Shown piece after piece: positions 40,301 through 53,455 of a stretch of 64,000 bases of DNA. The position numbers were made by a program, and so were the translations under genes. Within the stretch, counting starts at the first letter, position 1; the number at the start of each line of letters is the position of its first letter. The stretch is from Patescibacteria group bacterium (GTDB lineage Bacteria; Patescibacteriota; Dojkabacteria; J137): the NCBI GenBank assembly GCA_016861265.1, contig BOLA01000001.1, forward strand, positions 75,569-139,568. The letters run 5' to 3'. The notes beneath the pieces were generated by a model. The model was not told the DNA's origin and made no database searches. It worked only from the letters and a program-made list of their open reading frames with translations.

Positions 40301-43300
40301 CACCTGTTAATGCAAGTTTAGTAGCTGAACCTACAGCAGTAGTAATTACTGCAGAATCATTTTCCCAGCCAACGTTTATACCGCTACCATCATTATTAAC
40401 AACCGAATCATCTCTTACTACAATGGTATGAGCTCCCAAGGTGGAATCTCTATAGAAAAAGTTTTTAGAAGTAGCGTACGCTGGGATATTAGTTGTAAAT
40501 GGAGCTAAAGACCAGTTCACGCCATCGGTAGAAAATTCTCCAGTTGCCGAATCAGAGTAAAAGTATAGTGGTGTAACTGCTAGTACAGGAATACCGGTAC
40601 CATTTATATCTTGAGCTTGAACAGTAATTTCAGTAGTTCTACCATCCAATGGAATAGTTTGACTACCATTAAGAATTTTTAATTTAGCAATTGTACCTTC
40701 ATCAGGTGCCGTCACTTCTATGTTACATTGACTTCCTGTTATATCAGGATCATCAACATCAGTTGCTGTTACACAGAACTCACCTTGAGTAACCATTGTT
40801 ACACCATTTACGAATGTATGCTCACCCAACATTGAATTATCAAAAGTAAAATCAGCAGGCAATATTGTTGCAGGATCAGTAGATGTAAAATTAACTGTTC
40901 CAGTGTAATCATGCAAAGGTGTTCCGCTGTAATCAGTACTAATAACGGTTACAGAACTCGGAACACCAACTTTAATTGGCGTAGTTACTCCTGTAATAAT
41001 AAATTGAAATTTGCTTTTTACGTTAACTTGCTGTGTTGCAGGCAAACTCTCAGCAACACCTGAGTCAGCAGTAATAGTTGGAGTACCTTTTGCATTATCT
41101 TTATAGTAGAAAGTCGCAGTTGAATTTCCGGCAGGTATAGTTACAGAACTATAATCCCATCGGGTGGACTCGTTTTCTTCAAGATCAACTGCAAAAAAGC
41201 CCGAAGTACTAGACGATGAAAGATTTAATGTAACATCAGTATCTAATATTATAGGGTTACCATTAATATCTTGAGCTTGTACAGTCATTGTTCCGGGTTC
41301 AGTAGCTCTAATATTTAATGGGGCAGAAATTATTGCAAATCTATCGTAAATATATCTGTAACCATTCGTAGCAATTGCTTCCTGTCCGTCACCATTAACA
41401 ACTTTAACATCTACTGGACCACCATCACCTTCAGGTGCATCTAGTGTAATAGTTGTTGAATCTACCAGATTAATGTTGCTTGCGATTCTATTGCCAAAGT
41501 AGACATCAAGATAATTATTCGTCTGCGGAAAGTTATTGTTGTAAAGGGTATCCACATCGGGCGCAGATAAATATCTATTAAATACTCTAAAGTCATCAAT
41601 TAAACCATCGTAATAGGCCCATTTAGATATTGCAGCCCCTCTTCCTACATTAGTGTAAGCTGTACCCAAAGAGGTTACTGTCCACCAATTAAATTGAAAG
41701 TTACCGGATCTTGAACCTATTAATACGTTGTCTAAGTAAAGACTTTGTGTATTTGTTGTTCCGGTTAGCACTACGTGGTGCCATTGACCGTCGTTTACTG
41801 CTCCAGAAGTTGTTAGGTATGCAGCCGTTGCTGTATATAGCTCAGCTCGTAATTTACCATCCGCCATTATCCATAAAACAGGTACAAAGGATACTGGAAC
41901 TCCCTGGGTAGGCTGTGTATCTGCTTGCCCTAATATTCCTACACTTGTGGAAGTAGTCTTAAACCATAAAGAAAAACTGATAGTAGTATTTTGGTTAAAG
42001 TTAGTTGGAATGTTTACATACTGTGGAGTTATGCTACCTTGAAAACTTAAACATTTCTCAAACTTACAATTACTGCTTACTCTTGTTGGATCGTACTCAG
42101 TACTAGAAGTTTCTGTACCTAAATGAGCATTTACACCAAAGGGTATAGAATTTTGCACATTCTGTCCGCTGGATTCATCAAACTTAAAGTGCGAGTTAAG
42201 TCCATCTCTAAATGGAATAGTATTTGCTATATTATAATTTTGTTGAATTTCGCCAAGATTCAATGCTTTGTTATAAAGCATTACTTCATCTATTACACCA
42301 TTAAAGTATTGCTGATTTCCTGTACTTCCTCCAGAAGGTCTTCCTATTTCAAATGCAGCCGGATTTACAAATATAGGACCTGCAAAGGCTAATGTATTAG
42401 CATCTAATACCCCATTAATATACATTCTAATTAACGAACCATCCCAGGTAAAGGCAACATTGCTCCATTGATTAACACTTAGTGTTGTATCAGAAACTAA
42501 ATTTATATACGAATTTCCGCCCACACTACTAATATCAACTCTCAATTTACCTTGTGGGGTTGTTGATAACTGATACGAATAGTTTGTTGTCCATGGAAAC
42601 TTACCTGCAATGACCATGTAATTAGTAAAGTTAGCAGGTTTAATCCATGCTTGCATAGAAATAGCATTTGGCGGATTTAGAACTGCACTCGAAGGTACAG
42701 AAATATAACCGGTTCCATTAAAGCTTCTTCCATTGCTAATATAACCAGTTGTATCGCTAACACCACCGCCTGCTGTACCGTTAAAATTATTACCACTCTT
42801 GTCGGTAATTGTTGAACCCGTATCGCTATTCATTGGCCAATACCCAACTAATCCATCGGTTACATATATAAAGGAATTTTTAGCCCTAAAGTTTTGACCT
42901 GTTATTGTAACTTCATTACCCCCTACTGTTGGTCCTCCTAAAGGATCAATATTCGTAATGACAGGAGCAGATTCAGAATAAATAACTGCATTTTCTAATG
43001 TTACCTGTGTCCCATCCGGATTAATTATCTGCACACTTACTTCACCTATTTCGTGTGCAGGTGCTACCGCCTGAATTGTATTTGAATCTATAAACGCTAC
43101 AGAGGTTGCATCAATTCCATCGAATTTAACACTTGGAGTTTCTCTAAAATCTGTTCCTGTAATTGTTAATGTTGTACCACCACCAAAGTATGGTCTATTA
43201 GGGTTTATGTCGGTTATTGTCGGAGCTGCTAAGTAAGTGTATGAACTTGGCAGTACATGGCTTTCGCCGTCTGGAGTAATAATTGTAATATCTTTTGTTC

Positions 43301-46300
43301 CAGAAGTACTTGCGGCAGTTGTAGCAATAATAGTTTCGGAATCAATCCATTCAACATTGGCGGCGCGTTCCTCTCCAAAAAATACCTGAATAGGCTGAGC
43401 AGTAATAACTGCTTTACCCGGCTGTCCGTTTGTACTTGCCGCACCTCCCGCACCCGCTCCAGAATTATCAGGATCCGATGCATTCGCCTGAGTAATATAA
43501 TTAGCTCCAATTGAGATTGGATTTATTAGGGCTGGATAACCAATATATCCTGAACCTCCTCCTCCTCCTCCCATTGTATTAGCTTCCTGATAGGCACCTC
43601 CACCTCCACCGTACCATCCACCTCCTCCAGATCCACCGTAGGAATAATAAACATTACCACCTGTATATTTGGAACCGGCAGTACCATTTCCACTACCGGT
43701 ACCCCCAGCACCACCAGCAGACTGAGTTCCTCCTCTTCCTCTGGCAAGTGGTAATTCCATAGAAAGTCCATCTTGCCCTGTTACACCGCCTGCGCCTCCT
43801 CCGGCTTGAGATAGTACATTCGATCTACTGCTTCCACCTCCGCCTCCACCTCCAGCAGTTAGAATATCTTCTCCGCTCAATCTTATTGCTGATCTACCTC
43901 CACCTTGTCCCCCATAGACACATCCATTAGTACAGTTATTGCCTGCCCCACCATAAAAGTTTAATGATGGAGAAACTCCTCCTCTAACTCCTCCCGCACC
44001 TACCATGACTGCAAGTTCTTGGTAATTATTTACGGGAAGCATTGCTGTGGTATATCCACCGCCACCACCTTGGTACCCATAAGTCCATCCGCCTGGTACA
44101 CCACCACCACCGCCGCCGCCCCATAGTTTTACATTAACACTGTCAACTCCTTCTGTTGCAACAAATTTCTGATCTTTGGCAAGGTAATCGTATGTTGTTT
44201 TATATAGGTAAGGTAGTAAATCAGAACCAGAAATTGTGACTTGGGTGCCTCCATCACTTGTACCCTCTGTTGGCAAGGCTGATTCCACTGATGCACCGGT
44301 ATATGTAAATGCGGATTCTAATGTATAAGTAATACCAGCTGAAATGATTTCAATATCTTTAGTTCCGGAGGAATTTCTTGGGGTTACTGCTTTTATAGTG
44401 TTTGAATCTAAATAAGTTACTTCTTTTGCATATTCACCACCGATTTTTACAGTAATAGGGTTTGTAATTATTACGACTCTACCTGATTTACCGCCCTCAA
44501 CGGCATTTCCACCTCTTCCGGCGGTATCGTTATAAGCATCAGTTGATTTCGGTTGTGTTTGCCCTGCTCCTGCTATTGTGGAACCAACAATAACTGAAGG
44601 GTCTGTTATATAACTCGAACCACCGCCACCACCGCCCATGGCCGTACTACCTTGATGAGCACCCGAACCACCTCCGTACCATCCACCTCCACCGCCTCCT
44701 CCATACGAATTTTGTAAAGGTGAACCTGCATTGTACTTGGAACCGTTACCTCCGGAAGAACCATCACCAATACCACCCGCTCCTCCGCTAATTTGACCTC
44801 CTCCAATTCCTCTTATTGGTGCATAAGCAGCCGATGAGCCATTTTCTCCTAGTAATCCTCCACCTGCACCTCCGGCCTGTGAGTTTGTATTCTGATAAGT
44901 AGTGCCTCCAGCACCACCTCCTCCTGCAGTTAATATATCTTCCCCATTTAGCCTTATTGCTGATCTTCCTCCACCTTGACCTCCATATCTACAGTCAGTA
45001 TTTACACAAGAAGCACCTCCGCCTCCATAACTTAAACCTCCTACTGCCATATTTCCACTATGCCCACCGCCACCCACCATAACTATTAACTGTTGTCCAG
45101 GGGTAACTGCAAGATCCGCTTCAGTGTATCCACCTGCTCCTCCAGGGTAACCATACGACCAACCCCCTGGATTTCCTCCGCCTCCACCTGCTCCCCACAT
45201 CTTTACTTTTATCGATGTAACTCCTTCTGGGACAGTAAATGTCTGGTCCACACCTGAATACGAAAATTCTGAAACTTTAGGAGTTGCAAAATTTTCACCT
45301 TCAATTGTAATTTCGGTACCACCAATTGTACTTCCGTTGTTAGGAGTAACAGAATCTGCCGTAACTGATTCGTAGGTATAAGCGTCTTCTAGTATATCTA
45401 CTGTTCCATCAGGATTAGTTATTGCAACATCTACCGTACCTACTGCATACTCTGGTGTTTCTGCCGTAATTGTATTTTTATCAATATAACGTACATTTTT
45501 TGCCTCAACCCCACCCACCGTTACCTTTAGAGTCAATGCAGATATAACTACCTTGCCTGGTTGACCAGCAACCCCTGCAGCACCTCCTGCACCTGCTCCA
45601 CTGTTATCATAGTCCGATGGGTTTGCCTGTAATGATAGTTTTCCTTGTAATGCAATAGGATTTACCAAGTTAGAATAACCAATATAACTAGATCCACCGC
45701 CGCCACCTCCCATGGTATTTGGCTCTAAAAAACCTCCTGTAGAACCTCCGTACCATCCACCGCCACCAGAACCTGCATATGTAGTCTGGGTATTGTGGCT
45801 ACCACCATTATATTTTGTTCCTGCAACTCCTGCAGTACTTGCGGCACCTCCCGCAACTTGAGTTCCTCCATTACCTGCATAGGTTGGCATATCCTCAGCA
45901 AGTCCCCTTTGACCAATTAACCCTCCACCCGCTCCACCGTTTTGTCTATTTATAATAGATCTACTAGAACCGCCTCCCCCACCTCCTCCAGCTGTTAGAA
46001 TATCTTCTCCATTTATTCTTATTGCTGACCGTCCCCCTCCTTGTCCTCCAAATACACAGTTCGTACTTTGTTGATTTGGGACACAGTTGGCTCCTCCCCC
46101 TCCGTAAGCTACATATTTCATCTTACTTACGCCATTTCCACCACCTGCACCAACAACTACATTTAAAATATCGCCTGGGTTTACACTTATATCACTTTCG
46201 GTGTATCCACCACCTCCTCCAGGATAACCATAGCTCCAACTTCCCGGATTTCCTCCTCCTCCTCCAGCACCCCACATTTTTACCCTAATTGAAGTCACAC

Positions 46301-49300
46301 CATCAGGAACTATAAAATATTGATCTGAGTTTGTTAGATTGTATGTTGTGGTTAATATACTTTTGCTGAAATCTTCTCCCGATATGGTTATTGTATCTCC
46401 ACCCGAAGTTGAACCACTCACAGGACTAATCGAAGTTATTGTTGGGCCAGTAAAGGTATATGCATCTTCAAGAATACTACTTTCACCATCTCCATTCCTA
46501 ACTGTAACATCCACGGTGCCAACTGCATGTGCAGGTGTTGTAGCAATTATTGTCGTTGAATTAATAAATCTTATATTCTTTGCAGGCACATCCCCAAATA
46601 GAACTGTATTTATTGAGGCTTCCACTATAACCCGTCCATTCTGTCCTGCAACTGAAGCCGTTCCTCCTGCACCAGCACCATTATTTAGTGTGTCTGCTGC
46701 ATTAGCTTGAGTCCTACCCTGACCTGACTTAGTTACTCCATTAGAAACACCTGGACCACCTATATAACTAGATCCACCTCCGCCACCGCCCATATAAATA
46801 TTTGTGTATGCTCCTCCTCCTCCTCCGTAATATCCACCGCCACCAGAACCGCCATAGGAATACGGTGTATTTGGTCTTCCACCCAAATATTTAATTCCCG
46901 CGGTTGCCCCAACGTTACTACCAGAACCTGCAGCACCACCTGCCACCTGTGTTCCGCCTTTTCCTGCATGTGCGTTATTCGAAGCTGAAATTCCACTAAC
47001 TCCAGTTAGGCCTCCACCTGCTCCTCCTGTAGCATCTGCATTACTATTATTCGTTGAACCTCCTCCTCCTCCTCCTCCTGTTACTATATCTTCGGTGCCA
47101 ATTTTAATTGCAGACCTTCCTCCACCTTGCCCTCCATATTGGCAGTCCGTTCCCCCGCAATTTGGTCCTCCACCTCCGTAGTTATACGCTTGATTACCTA
47201 CTAATCCGCTATTACCTCCCTGTCCAACAACTACAACCAGTAATTGCCCTGGAGTCACTGCAATATCTGCTTCAGTAAAACCTCCTCCTCCTCCCGGAAA
47301 TCCAAAGTGCCAACTTCCTTTATTTCCTCCACCTCCACCGGCACCCCACATTTTTACCCTTACGGATGTCACACCTTCGGGAACTATATAAGCCTGATCA
47401 GATCCTGTATATTCAAAAATTGTTGTTTTTACACTATCATCAAAGTTTAATCCTGTGATTGTTACATCTTCGCCACCCATTGAAGATCCCGATGTACTAG
47501 ACAGAGATTGTACCTGAGGAGCTAGGTATGTATAAGCATTCGATAGTATTGCTTCTTGCCCGTCTGGATTAGTTACTATTACATCGTATGTTCCGGCAAG
47601 ATGACCAGGAATTGTAGCTGTAATTGTATTAGAGTCTATAACTCTTACATTCCTGGCAACAACTCCACCTACCGTTACCATTTTAGGGAGTACATCAATA
47701 ATTACTTTACCAGGTGTACCGGCTGTGGAAACATTACCACCAAGACCTGCACCCCCATTGTCTAAATCGTAGCTTCTTGCCTGGGTTCTATTCACGGCAC
47801 CAACCATTAATCCATTTGTAATTCCTTGTGTTCCTACGTAACCTGAACCTCCACCACCTCCGCCCATATAAGTACCTGTATAGGCTCCACCGCCGCCGCC
47901 GTAGTATCCCCCTCCACCTGATCCACCATAAGAATATGGGCTATTCGGTCTACCTCCTAAATATTTTTGACCAGCGGTTGCACCAACCTGACTACCAGAC
48001 CCTGCGGCTCCCCCTGCAGCTTGAGTTCCTCCCTTTCCTGCATATGCAGAATTGGCTTGTGCAACGCCATCTTCACCTACTACGCCACCACCGCCGCCTC
48101 CATATTCAAATGAACTTGTTCCATTAGTTGAACCTCCTCCACCTCCTCCGCCTGCGGTCAAAACATCATCTCCACTGTATCTTATTGCAGACCTTCCTCC
48201 ACCTTGCCCTCCATACTTACAGTCTGTTCCACCGCAGTTTGGTCCTCCACCTCCATAGTTATAGTTAGTGTTACCTGTAGTACCAGCATTTCCTCCAGCA
48301 CCAACCATAACAGTTAAAACTTGGCCTGGCACAACAGACATATCTGCTTCAGTGTATCCTCCTCCACCTCCCTGATATCCGAATGACCAACCTCCTTTAT
48401 GTCCACCTCCTCCACCTCCTCCCCACATTCTTACCTTAATTTTATTAACTCCATCAGGAACAGTATATGTCTGATCTGCACCAGTATAAGTATATGTTTT
48501 TGTACCTCCATTTGTATCAAAATTAGATCCATAAATAGTTATGTCTGTCTCGCCTATACTTGGACCAGAAGTTGATGAAATAGAACTAATACTTGGCGAA
48601 GTCGATGAAAAGTAATTTATAGATACCGAGTCTAGTTCAACTTGCTGACTTGAATTGTCAGCGTGTAAGAACGCCTTAAACTTCAATTTTCCTGTACCAA
48701 TTTCAGATGGAAAACTCGAAATATTACTATTAACTTCAGCAGCAGAATTTGATTCCTCGTAGCCTGCGGAAGTGAGCGTCCAGTTACTGCCGTTCCACCA
48801 GTACCATACCTCAGAGGTTTTGTTCTGCTCTGTACCGAACTCAACAGAAGGCTCTATTCCAGATGTTTTTCTTGCTAGTACAAAGTCAATGTATGTATCT
48901 GTTGTATTAGTTGTTCCTGCTAAAGAACCTGTAAAATACCCCAAGATTAGGTATGGTGCAAAATCACCCGGGGAGTTATATGTATTGGTTACATTTCTAT
49001 TCTGATAATATTTTAGTGCTGTTGGTGTAACCCCGAAGCCGCTAACAACATATGTATTTGCTGTAGGAGTGAATTGAAATCCATCATTAATAATATCATA
49101 ACTTGCTACCGACCCAGTGGCAGCACCCCCGATTTGATTAATACTGGTATTGTTTGTTACTAATAATACTAACCTATTCGAATTAGCATTACTGCCTGCT
49201 ACGCTATTGGTATTAGAAGTGGTTATTCCAGAATAAGCTGTTTGAGATGCCGCCCATTTTGCCCTCATTTCGAATGCAACATTAAGATTTGAACTTAATA

Positions 49301-50768
49301 TTGGAGCAGTGGAATAAACTGAACCGGTTTGTATAAACAATTCTCCATTAGAAACCGAAGTGCTTCCAGTGGCTGTCCAAATAGAAGTATTTAAAGGTGC
49401 AGCGTTAAATCCATCGAAAAATAAGAATACACTATTTGAATCCTGTAAGTCCGTTGCCGATGAATTACCGTAGTAAACGTAAACAGAAGTTCCCGCCGTT
49501 GTTACAGATGGTATTTTAGTCCAAATGTATGTTGAAGTTGTGTTACAACCATTTGTTCCAGTCTCAATCCAATACGGTAAAACAATGTTGTTGTCTGTTG
49601 TAACTCGAATATCTTGACATGCAGATTGTAATTTACCGGCCGAAATTAATGCAGCAGTATTAACTGTAAGTTTTACTTGATAGTCGGTTAAGGTTGTATC
49701 GTTTGATATTACACCCAATTCCTGTCTATAGTTCCATGATTGGTTGTACCAGTTACTAAAATTGTTGCTTAATTGATATCTTATGTTTCCCTGGTTGTTA
49801 GCACCCAAGGTCTCGCTAAACCCTGACAATGTAGTGTATACAACGCCTTTATTTATTACGTAAGGATTATCTGTTGCATAACTTCCTGAGTTGTTAACAA
49901 GTTTTACAACCCCATCTACAATTTCAATTTTTGACGGATCAGAAAGAATAAAGTCTTTTGTTGTAGAAAACACCCAAGAAACTGTAGGGTCAATTACTAC
50001 TGGATATTCTACATTCGTAAATTCGCTGGCATTTGCCGGAATTAATTTAATATTATTTTGTTCAATATTATATTTATAGTTTATTTTTTTTGAATTCTTA
50101 TCTTGAGCAACTGGCGGGTATATATAGTAAGCTAACTTATTATTTTCAAGAATTTTTATTCCGCCTTCATCTGTAGTTTCAAGTGTAAAGTTACTATTTA
50201 TACTAAATTCAAATTCTCTAGGTGAACTTGAGCTATTCAAAATAATATCCTCTTTTACATAATCCTTAAATGTTTGATAAATTATTGAGTAATCCTGGTC
50301 ATTATTGGTAAGTGTAAGATTATTTTCATTAAGTTGTTGTTCAAAATTACTGCCTGTTCTAATAGCAAAATTCAAAGAAGTATTTGTAGGAGTATCAATT
50401 TCTACAATTGGCAAAAAGTCTTCGTTTGGTTGTAGAGTTTTAGGGAATTTTACAACTGCGTTATTTGTTTCCGAAAGGTAAACTTCTGATTCCTCTTTTA
50501 TATTATTTGGGGTTGAATCTAAATCATCTAATGAAATATAGGAATTCTCAAAATCTACTGACTCTGTTTTTCTTTTTACATTAGAAAGTAGTAATACAGA
50601 TGCAACAACGAATGTTAACAATATAGCTACAAATACTATTCTGTAGTGTTTAACTATAAGTCCTTTAATTCCTGAAAAGTTTATTCCTGAACTATTATCT
50701 GCTTCTTTTTGTTTAAAAAAACTTATTCGGGTTTTAAGGTAATTTTGTAATAAATTTAAAGGTTTCAG
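31365..50768 (-). CDS. Giant (~6420-6470 aa) surface protein: N-terminal TM, DUF2341-like domain, seven IPT/TIG domains, five Gly-rich domains, two LamG domains, long run of ~110-aa Ig-like repeats, duplicated C-terminal domain
   Basis: W.YRQEL..DIRVT..LPYWIE..VYYGN (DUF2341-like); P.I.SISP..G...GG..ITI.G (TIG); TVP.GV...[11 protein letters not shown]; repeated FYYKD...G..TIT; frame open 49 codons beyond the track start 50621, to CTG at 50768. Confidence 0.85.
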   Translation of the reverse strand: MKPLNLLQNYLKTRISFFKQKEADNSSGINFSGIKGLIVKHYRIVFVAILLTFVVASVLLLSNVKRKTESVDFENSYISLDDLDSTPNNIKEESEVYLSETNNAVVKFPKTLQPNEDFLPIVEIDTPTNTSLNFAIRTGSNFEQQLNENNLTLTNNDQDYSIIYQTFKDYVKEDIILNSSSSPREFEFSINSNFTLETTDEGGIKILENNKLAYYIYPPVAQDKNSKKINYKYNIEQNNIKLIPANASEFTNVEYPVVIDPTVSWVFSTTKDFILSDPSKIEIVDGVVKLVNNSGSYATDNPYVINKGVVYTTLSGFSETLGANNQGNIRYQLSNNFSNWYNQSWNYRQELGVISNDTTLTDYQVKLTVNTAALISAGKLQSACQDIRVTTDNNIVLPYWIETGTNGCNTTSTYIWTKIPSVTTAGTSVYVYYGNSSATDLQDSNSVFLFFDGFNAAPLNTSIWTATGSTSVSNGELFIQTGSVYSTAPILSSNLNVAFEMRAKWAASQTAYSGITTSNTNSVAGSNANSNRLVLLVTNNTSINQIGGAATGSVASYDIINDGFQFTPTANTYVVSGFGVTPTALKYYQNRNVTNTYNSPGDFAPYLILGYFTGSLAGTTNTTDTYIDFVLARKTSGIEPSVEFGTEQNKTSEVWYWWNGSNWTLTSAGYEESNSAAEVNSNISSFPSEIGTGKLKFKAFLHADNSSQQVELDSVSINYFSSTSPSISSISSTSGPSIGETDITIYGSNFDTNGGTKTYTYTGADQTYTVPDGVNKIKVRMWGGGGGGGHKGGWSFGYQGGGGGYTEADMSVVPGQVLTVMVGAGGNAGTTGNTNYNYGGGGPNCGGTDCKYGGQGGGRSAIRYSGDDVLTAGGGGGGGSTNGTSSFEYGGGGGGVVGEDGVAQANSAYAGKGGTQAAGGAAGSGSQVGATAGQKYLGGRPNSPYSYGGSGGGGYYGGGGGAYTGTYMGGGGGGSGYVGTQGITNGLMVGAVNRTQARSYDLDNGGAGLGGNVSTAGTPGKVIIDVLPKMVTVGGVVARNVRVIDSNTITATIPGHLAGTYDVIVTNPDGQEAILSNAYTYLAPQVQSLSSTSGSSMGGEDVTITGLNFDDSVKTTIFEYTGSDQAYIVPEGVTSVRVKMWGAGGGGGNKGSWHFGFPGGGGGFTEADIAVTPGQLLVVVVGQGGNSGLVGNQAYNYGGGGPNCGGTDCQYGGQGGGRSAIKIGTEDIVTGGGGGGGSTNNSNADATGGAGGGLTGVSGISASNNAHAGKGGTQVAGGAAGSGSNVGATAGIKYLGGRPNTPYSYGGSGGGGYYGGGGGAYTNIYMGGGGGGSSYIGGPGVSNGVTKSGQGRTQANAADTLNNGAGAGGTASVAGQNGRVIVEASINTVLFGDVPAKNIRFINSTTIIATTPAHAVGTVDVTVRNGDGESSILEDAYTFTGPTITSISPVSGSTSGGDTITISGEDFSKSILTTTYNLTNSDQYFIVPDGVTSIRVKMWGAGGGGGNPGSWSYGYPGGGGGYTESDISVNPGDILNVVVGAGGGNGVSKMKYVAYGGGGANCVPNQQSTNCVFGGQGGGRSAIRINGEDILTAGGGGGGGSSRSIINRQNGGAGGGLIGQRGLAEDMPTYAGNGGTQVAGGAASTAGVAGTKYNGGSHNTQTTYAGSGGGGWYGGSTGGFLEPNTMGGGGGGSSYIGYSNLVNPIALQGKLSLQANPSDYDNSGAGAGGAAGVAGQPGKVVISALTLKVTVGGVEAKNVRYIDKNTITAETPEYAVGTVDVAITNPDGTVDILEDAYTYESVTADSVTPNNGSTIGGTEITIEGENFATPKVSEFSYSGVDQTFTVPEGVTSIKVKMWGAGGGGGNPGGWSYGYPGGAGGYTEADLAVTPGQQLIVMVGGGGHSGNMAVGGLSYGGGGASCVNTDCRYGGQGGGRSAIRLNGEDILTAGGGGAGGTTYQNTNSQAGGAGGGLLGENGSSAAYAPIRGIGGGQISGGAGGIGDGSSGGNGSKYNAGSPLQNSYGGGGGGGWYGGGSGAHQGSTAMGGGGGGSSYITDPSVIVGSTIAGAGQTQPKSTDAYNDTAGRGGNAVEGGKSGRVVIITNPITVKIGGEYAKEVTYLDSNTIKAVTPRNSSGTKDIEIISAGITYTLESAFTYTGASVESALPTEGTSDGGTQVTISGSDLLPYLYKTTYDYLAKDQKFVATEGVDSVNVKLWGGGGGGGVPGGWTYGYQGGGGGYTTAMLPVNNYQELAVMVGAGGVRGGVSPSLNFYGGAGNNCTNGCVYGGQGGGRSAIRLSGEDILTAGGGGGGGSSRSNVLSQAGGGAGGVTGQDGLSMELPLARGRGGTQSAGGAGGTGSGNGTAGSKYTGGNVYYSYGGSGGGGWYGGGGGAYQEANTMGGGGGGSGYIGYPALINPISIGANYITQANASDPDNSGAGAGGAASTNGQPGKAVITAQPIQVFFGEERAANVEWIDSETIIATTAASTSGTKDITIITPDGESHVLPSSYTYLAAPTITDINPNRPYFGGGTTLTITGTDFRETPSVKFDGIDATSVAFIDSNTIQAVAPAHEIGEVSVQIINPDGTQVTLENAVIYSESAPVITNIDPLGGPTVGGNEVTITGQNFRAKNSFIYVTDGLVGYWPMNSDTGSTITDKSGNNFNGTAGGGVSDTTGYISNGRSFNGTGYISVPSSAVLNPPNAISMQAWIKPANFTNYMVIAGKFPWTTNYSYQLSTTPQGKLRVDISSVGGNSYINLVSDTTLSVNQWSNVAFTWDGSLIRMYINGVLDANTLAFAGPIFVNPAAFEIGRPSGGSTGNQQYFNGVIDEVMLYNKALNLGEIQQNYNIANTIPFRDGLNSHFKFDESSGQNVQNSIPFGVNAHLGTETSSTEYDPTRVSSNCKFEKCLSFQGSITPQYVNIPTNFNQNTTISFSLWFKTTSTSVGILGQADTQPTQGVPVSFVPVLWIMADGKLRAELYTATAAYLTTSGAVNDGQWHHVVLTGTTNTQSLYLDNVLIGSRSGNFQFNWWTVTSLGTAYTNVGRGAAISKWAYYDGLIDDFRVFNRYLSAPDVDTLYNNNFPQTNNYLDVYFGNRIASNINLVDSTTITLDAPEGDGGPVDVKVVNGDGQEAIATNGYRYIYDRFAIISAPLNIRATEPGTMTVQAQDINGNPIILDTDVTLNLSSSSTSGFFAVDLEENESTRWDYSSVTIPAGNSTATFYYKDNAKGTPTITADSGVAESLPATQQVNVKSKFQFIITGVTTPIKVGVPSSVTVISTDYSGTPLHDYTGTVNFTSTDPATILPADFTFDNSMLGEHTFVNGVTMVTQGEFCVTATDVDDPDITGSQCNIEVTAPDEGTIAKLKILNGSQTIPLDGRTTEITVQAQDINGTGIPVLAVTPLYFYSDSATGEFSTDGVNWSLAPFTTNIPAYATSKNFFYRDSTLGAHTIVVRDDSVVNNDGSGINVGWENDSAVITTAVGSATKLALTGVPNSIASDVVSNAISISMQDIAGNNLTATQDKTVYLTSSNNSILFSENGVSGFSNTLSTKILTGNLTATVYIKSSVSGSTNIVLSDANPADGATGLLDDSKTINVAAGLPSKIVLLNSPSEVVAGEASEVFTVQLQDANNNPSPANGPLTIYLSASNANALFSATSFGATVTTITIPNGNDSVNFYFKQNQYFATQTITIADTVGGFGSGGITDVQTTVNVLTGSPSSLDIIENSYNATAGVAAGPLTAALKNTFGVEIPTQNDLQLYLYTNSTGSTKEFSLLSTPWNAITEHLLGAGQSRFTFYYKDSKSGTSTIKVSDDNNPSFEFGLTDGTLNVTVAAAAPASVKFSSTSKTADAGVATGAITITLYDQYNNIANAPSNRVINLSSSSAGGRFDTASNGAFNGSITSVTINSGQNNKNFFYKDTNIGTPTITLTSSGITGDTQSQNIVAGNVTSYAITATSTSITAGNVLDKLTIRTYNAGNVNIPVPSAFAIDLQTNSTGGRFDITQAGTFDGTVTSVVIPMNQNYVDFYYKDTKAGTSIISGIKSGFTTATRNIQVTAAAASKLAFKDSVLSGLNTGQKSNGIFIQSQDQYGNTSNVTGNTTIYLHSSSANSEFYNITNNLITSIQIPANSFEVPIYYKDFNVGTSTITITDFVYPDSPDQGLTNASKNINITYGNPAKIDISTSSLDLEVGTPSQVTLNLLNQYDQVVPAVGDTVITLSSSSLTGEFDTNPNGAFNLTNVTVPNGISSITFYYRDTISGSATITAAKSGLTSDSITYNLTPTNVFSLVFNNAIQTVTAGESSNVFIIKFRDQYGNYTIADADFTINLSSEEATAQFALANSGPWNVNSVNVLSGADDARFYYKDTVASTKQISVSASGLQSSSQNVIITASEPTSMAFVPNTPQTVAGQIASGVINVVLYDQYSNVAKPSSTLTLNLSSDSSQYQFSATVTPWTPITSVNILDSQTQASFYYKDWIIGNPIITVADNASNLSDITLDFTIVASDATKLIFTTEEQSTFVNTPSDNIEFFVADDNGYETQLNADSTVLVTSSSTTGRFSIDNGQSWTNDITFNILASTSTIRSFKYVDSQEGDVVITISSAGLTSATQDLTVTSGTISKIGIQGENTISAGVPIALTIQTLNTENIPVSVQSSTVLKLETTSSTGEFSIAENPWLSITEVTMEQWQNQKTIYYKDTIAGAATITINALVDQGWEDGIKSIDTNSAAYSRIIFLAKPLTVIAEDVSTQFVIQTVDQYGNFVDADARTVYIHSPISGNLSEDGLSFSGSPLTLNLADGESTAVFYYKDAQPGNKVIQATDTQTVLNPDIGIVDAVTTLNVLGQTAEGIRITSIEYTGDNKIIAGQITGVITIEAYKTDNTPAILGTDLQINLSTLPELSGSFKATADTQAADIVTATIPAGQTSTNVYFTTTKAGTFTLNFDTDSITDTTQDIEFVADVADHFVFLTTQQSIGAGNESAQFRVELQDAYNNAAVFDTDLVVQLSSTGSGEFSVQNGLNWQQINQITLTAGNSDVYFYYKDTVSGSYTLTLDEIPDQGLTAATQTYFVTSGSVSSIRFVSSSNSLQVNQPSNAITVGLYDIFGNPTIAQTNTNIYLYSSSNQGQFALSNEFNSNINSGTIDAGSSNFIFYYKDLTSNNALITVSDQSSLDNPDVGITNASQTQVISWGAAVKLSFINADSSVQAGSPKQLQLRLLNTYNGIVQTPEDVSVYLSSTSGTGLFSLDSSFDLTLTEYTIAENNTGVDLYYKDTSASSVTVTASDTMAPNPDSGLTNATQTFSVASQALSKLVFITTVQNLTVGQVSNIMSVQARDVYGNITTVQSDTPFYLYSTSATGQFSNSTNFGGGDLIYQKIMTSGTSTISFYYKDSTYVAPASNPVIKVSNQFPNPGIDDSITDATQMQAINAGNVSQMTFEPSSNLGTLIAGVPSSALTVAFKNQYGIEIPLTSVKTLYLFSSLGGAQFAAWNGSACSTFGITSIDVSISSSRFNFCYKSSQSGSTTLTVSDTAVSNPDTAWTNATGTLTIDPGIISQIVFNNSNPQTVVARHASNELKIETRNQYGNPTAVTSNRTIFLRSSSSTGEFALSSTGPWGVNFATISTGQSGISVYYRDSTYTSSTPVTITAADSLPLIPDTGWTNATLSVNVSLQTVQNFLVTNISDPQVQGNASSVVVMARDSENFVVDWYTGTITFSSSDSGAVLPPSYTFTTADKGLKTFINGVAFSQTGEHYVRATDNNGIIGEQANITVISNAAGPATQVKFKEVANPLYVQRDNASVPITIQLRDSNNQAAIAGVGGFTIKLSSSSGTGEYSASANGPWVSSGVFTIPQNFNAVNVYYKDSTAGNFTLTASDWLGNADDSGISNDAVTAIVNTVLINVSTDLEVNGNIHTYVDSPIIYAKNDTGAYLAKADFQISTTDAITNAPKQSNLVINWKGTNGSILQTNNVSNVVSNSYSVTNITGTAQTGNYTLEVQATTTDGTFTNTQTVNIPVSGWTAKIDYNPDNINVGQPIQFTIQTRLNGAFTDATNLVVNLKDNNGSDVVGTGYSKNLAQLSKTSTGQYSGTLSSNGLSVVNPYYLYTKLLDNSNNIVAEDNNNDIFFENNPAAQVKNFTIQKEITSTAPASETYNLNFSWDSAQYANKYNLYRSTNRFTQLFQDSCTVQDIADSHRFGDNGAVEPFCNAVISQLVDVDDSSSWVKMATVDSPATTYSIPWSQVESDLTNSTYYFILRAENESGESGYSTLVYSQRRSYGFNSTLANTNWISIPYESTYTKASDIVNEIEGGTGSGTNQKINTITLWKPNSQDVESFKYNPLLGKWVGSDFSINAGDGISLILSGNISNFNWTVAGNDISAQLTFNANADKPNRNWLSLPYSTIYANASEIVSNIEGALNTNQKINAVYRWNSTTQSVEAFTFNSSLGIWEGSDFAINPGDGISINLSGGTSNIIWNPYLIINPNK

Positions 50769-50937
50769 AGTATATAAAAATCATTTATAAAATCGAGATT
50801 TTACTAATACATATTAAATAATTTCGGTGTCAATTTCTACTTTTTAAGTAAATAAATTTAATAAATTTTTACAAAGACAACACTCGCATTTTATTTAGTG
50901 AGTCTATATTAAAAATATTAATTATTAATATAGAATT

Positions 50938-51483
50938 ATGAACGAAAAAAGCAATACTTTTTTAGAGGATTGGTTAAAGCATGCTTACGTAATGGAGAAT
51001 AAGTTAATAACAGTATTAACAAAACATGCAGATGACGCAGCAAACTTTCCCGAAGTACAAGACAGAATTAAACAACACTTACAGGAAACTAAGGGACATG
51101 CGGAAAGAGTAAAGGAATGTCTTGAAACATTAAATGTTGCAGTCCCAGAATTTCAGGCAGATGTAAAACAACTCGGAGCTAATCTTTCAACTTTATTTAA
51201 TGGTGAATCAGAAGAATATAAATTAATTAAGAATTCAATTATGGATTATTCAGCAGAAAATATGGAAATTGCAGTTTACAATACACTACTAACAATTTCA
51301 GAACAAAGTAACAATTCTACAGTGTCTGAAGTTTGTACTAGTATTCTTGCAGAGGAACATTCTATGGCAAAGTGGCTAGACGATAATTTAGGTGATTTAG
51401 TTGTTCAGCTATACGACGAACAAAATGCTACTGAAGAAACTGGTGATAGTGGTGAAATAACTCCTCCAGAAGATAAAATATAA
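50938..51483 (+). CDS. Ferritin-like protein, YciE/YciF (DUF892) family
   Basis: WLKHAYVME, HLQETKGHAERV..CL, EN.EIA.Y..L, IL.EE..MA.WL. Confidence 0.88.
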   Translation: MNEKSNTFLEDWLKHAYVMENKLITVLTKHADDAANFPEVQDRIKQHLQETKGHAERVKECLETLNVAVPEFQADVKQLGANLSTLFNGESEEYKLIKNSIMDYSAENMEIAVYNTLLTISEQSNNSTVSEVCTSILAEEHSMAKWLDDNLGDLVVQLYDEQNATEETGDSGEITPPEDKI

Positions 51484-51486
51484 ATT

Positions 51487-51511
51487 AAAGGCTCCGTTAG
51501 GAGCCTTTTTT
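51487..51511. terminator. Intrinsic terminator between convergent genes
   Basis: AAAGGCTCC-GTTA-GGAGCCTTT followed by a T-run. Confidence 0.85.
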
Positions 51512-51516
51512 CAATA

Positions 51517-51855
51517 TTATTTTTTAACCTTAGGTGGTTTTGCTGCCGCAACATCAGCCGCCATATTTACCCAGCTCGCTAGATCTTCATCGCTAGCTGC
51601 GCTTGGATTTTCAACAATAACCATTCCTTTCATTGGCTTTTCGCCCATCATCATTGGTTTCATTCCTGGCATAGATAATGCCTTTTCATAGTTTTCTCCA
51701 CCAACACTTAATGTAAAACCTCTACTATTAATGCTGCAAACCATATTGCCATTAATTCCAAAGTTTAATCCTCCAAATAAATTTCGCTCTTCTACACCTT
51801 GTCTTGAACTTAAAACAGATCTAACTCTGCTTGCTAAAGATTCATCGTAAGCCAT
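51517..51855 (-). CDS. TfoX/Sxy N-terminal domain protein
   Basis: MAYDE.LA.RVR, E..LFGGL.F.INGNM, PMKG.V.V, L..WV. Confidence 0.8.
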   Translation of the reverse strand: MAYDESLASRVRSVLSSRQGVEERNLFGGLNFGINGNMVCSINSRGFTLSVGGENYEKALSMPGMKPMMMGEKPMKGMVIVENPSAASDEDLASWVNMAADVAAAKPPKVKK

Positions 51856-51962
51856 AATGAATGAATAATAAATATGTAAATATTCTAGTATTTTGGCAGA
51901 GAATTATTGCTAATGCAATAACTAATTATCAAATACTTAGCTGTACTATTGTCTATAGTGTA

Positions 51963-52376
51963 TTATGCTTTCTTTTGTAAAATGTTCACCATCCAATTAA
52001 TGCCAAATTTGTCTACTACCATTCCAAATGTATCTCCCCAAGGAGCCTGCATTAAAGGTTGGGAAATATTTCCGCCTACACTTAGTTTTTCCCAGTAGCT
52101 TCTTAATACTTCTTCATCTTCTCCACTTAAAGAAAGACTAATTCCGGCTGGTACATCGTAAGGTCCCATGTTAGATGGAGAATCTGCCACCATTAAAGTC
52201 ATATTAGAGGTAGTTAATTGACCGTGCATTAACCAATCTTCTTCTTCTGCTGCAACAGGAACGCCGCTTTCCTTGAAAGTATTTGCTGTAACTTCGCCGC
52301 CGAATACGCCTCTATAGAATTCTAGTGCTTCTCGAGCGTTTCCCTTTAAATGAAGATATGGATTAAAAGTAACCAT
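51963..52376 (-). CDS. VOC-family protein, PhnB-like
   Basis: NPYL...GNAREALEFY..VFGG, MHGQL, APWGDTFGMVVDKFGINWMVN. Confidence 0.88.
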   Translation of the reverse strand: MVTFNPYLHLKGNAREALEFYRGVFGGEVTANTFKESGVPVAAEEEDWLMHGQLTTSNMTLMVADSPSNMGPYDVPAGISLSLSGEDEEVLRSYWEKLSVGGNISQPLMQAPWGDTFGMVVDKFGINWMVNILQKKA

Positions 52377-52514
52377 ATTTTTATTTTTAAAAAATAATAC
52401 TTAAGTTTAGCAGTAAATGATCAAACTAAAAAACCCTTACTATAAATATTTTGTTATTGTTTAAACCATATTCACATCTTTTCTTTAGAATTGTTCTTGA
52501 TTACCTATAATTTA

Positions 52515-53453
52515 ATGACACTGACAATAAAAAGGAGATTTATTAATCGTATAATATTAATAACGACTATAGTTTTTATACTAATTTCTGTAATTATTTT
52601 TATGACAAGACATGTAAGTAGCACCTCATTAAATATGGGAAAAGCCGAAATGTATGTTCGTAACCTTGCGCCAATGAAAGAATTTTACGTAGATTTGGTA
52701 GGGTTAGAAATCCTAAAAGAGGATTCCAATGAACTTGAACTCGGATTTAAAAATAAAGGGATAATTACTTTAATAAAAAAGACAGGTTTTAATTCTGAAA
52801 ATCAAAATGAAGCAGGCCTTTACCACAATGCAATTTTATTTGAATCTAGAGGTGCTCTAGCAGAATCCATTAATAGGGTTTTAAATAAGCTATATACAAA
52901 TTATCAGGGAAGTGCCGATCATCTGGTCAGTGAAGCTTTTTATTTTGCTGACCCCGAGGGTAACGGTGTTGAATTATACTTTGATAAACCAAGATCTGAC
53001 TGGCAATTCGACCAGAATGGAAAACCAATAATGGGTGGTATTTACATTGATGAACAGAGGTACATTCAAGATAATATTAATTCGGATAATACGACGACCC
53101 ATATAGAGATGGGACATATTCATTTAAAAGTGGGTAATATTCAAACTGCTAAACAATTTTACGTAGACATTTTAAAATTCGATATTATTAGACAAACGTC
53201 AGATAGTTTATTTATATCTAGAGATGGGTATCATCATCATATTGGTATGAATACGTGGCAAAGTTTGGGTGCTGGAAAAAGACGAGAAAACATTTATGGA
53301 TTATATAGTTTTGAACTAAAAGTAAGTTCCAATTATTTTAATGAGATCAATGAGAGTCTAAAAACTAACAATCAAGATGTAATGGAGAATTCATCTAACT
53401 CAATAGAAGTTTTAGACCCTTGGGGGAATGTTGTAAAAATAAGAACAATATAA
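52515..53453 (+). CDS. Two-domain VOC protein (CatE/YfiE-like) with an N-terminal TM extension
   Basis: GLYHNAIL, ADHLVSEAFYFADPEGNGVELY.D, MGHIHLKV, GYHHHIGMNTW, DPWGN; probable start ATG 52515. Confidence 0.85.
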   Translation: MTLTIKRRFINRIILITTIVFILISVIIFMTRHVSSTSLNMGKAEMYVRNLAPMKEFYVDLVGLEILKEDSNELELGFKNKGIITLIKKTGFNSENQNEAGLYHNAILFESRGALAESINRVLNKLYTNYQGSADHLVSEAFYFADPEGNGVELYFDKPRSDWQFDQNGKPIMGGIYIDEQRYIQDNINSDNTTTHIEMGHIHLKVGNIQTAKQFYVDILKFDIIRQTSDSLFISRDGYHHHIGMNTWQSLGAGKRRENIYGLYSFELKVSSNYFNEINESLKTNNQDVMENSSNSIEVLDPWGNVVKIRTI

Positions 53454-53455
53454 AT

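Noticed and set aside
3209-50079. Many short antisense or alternate-frame ORFs inside the large genes (Pro-rich and similar)
   Set aside because: Expected by-products of Gly-rich, codon-biased sense genes, with no independent motifs.
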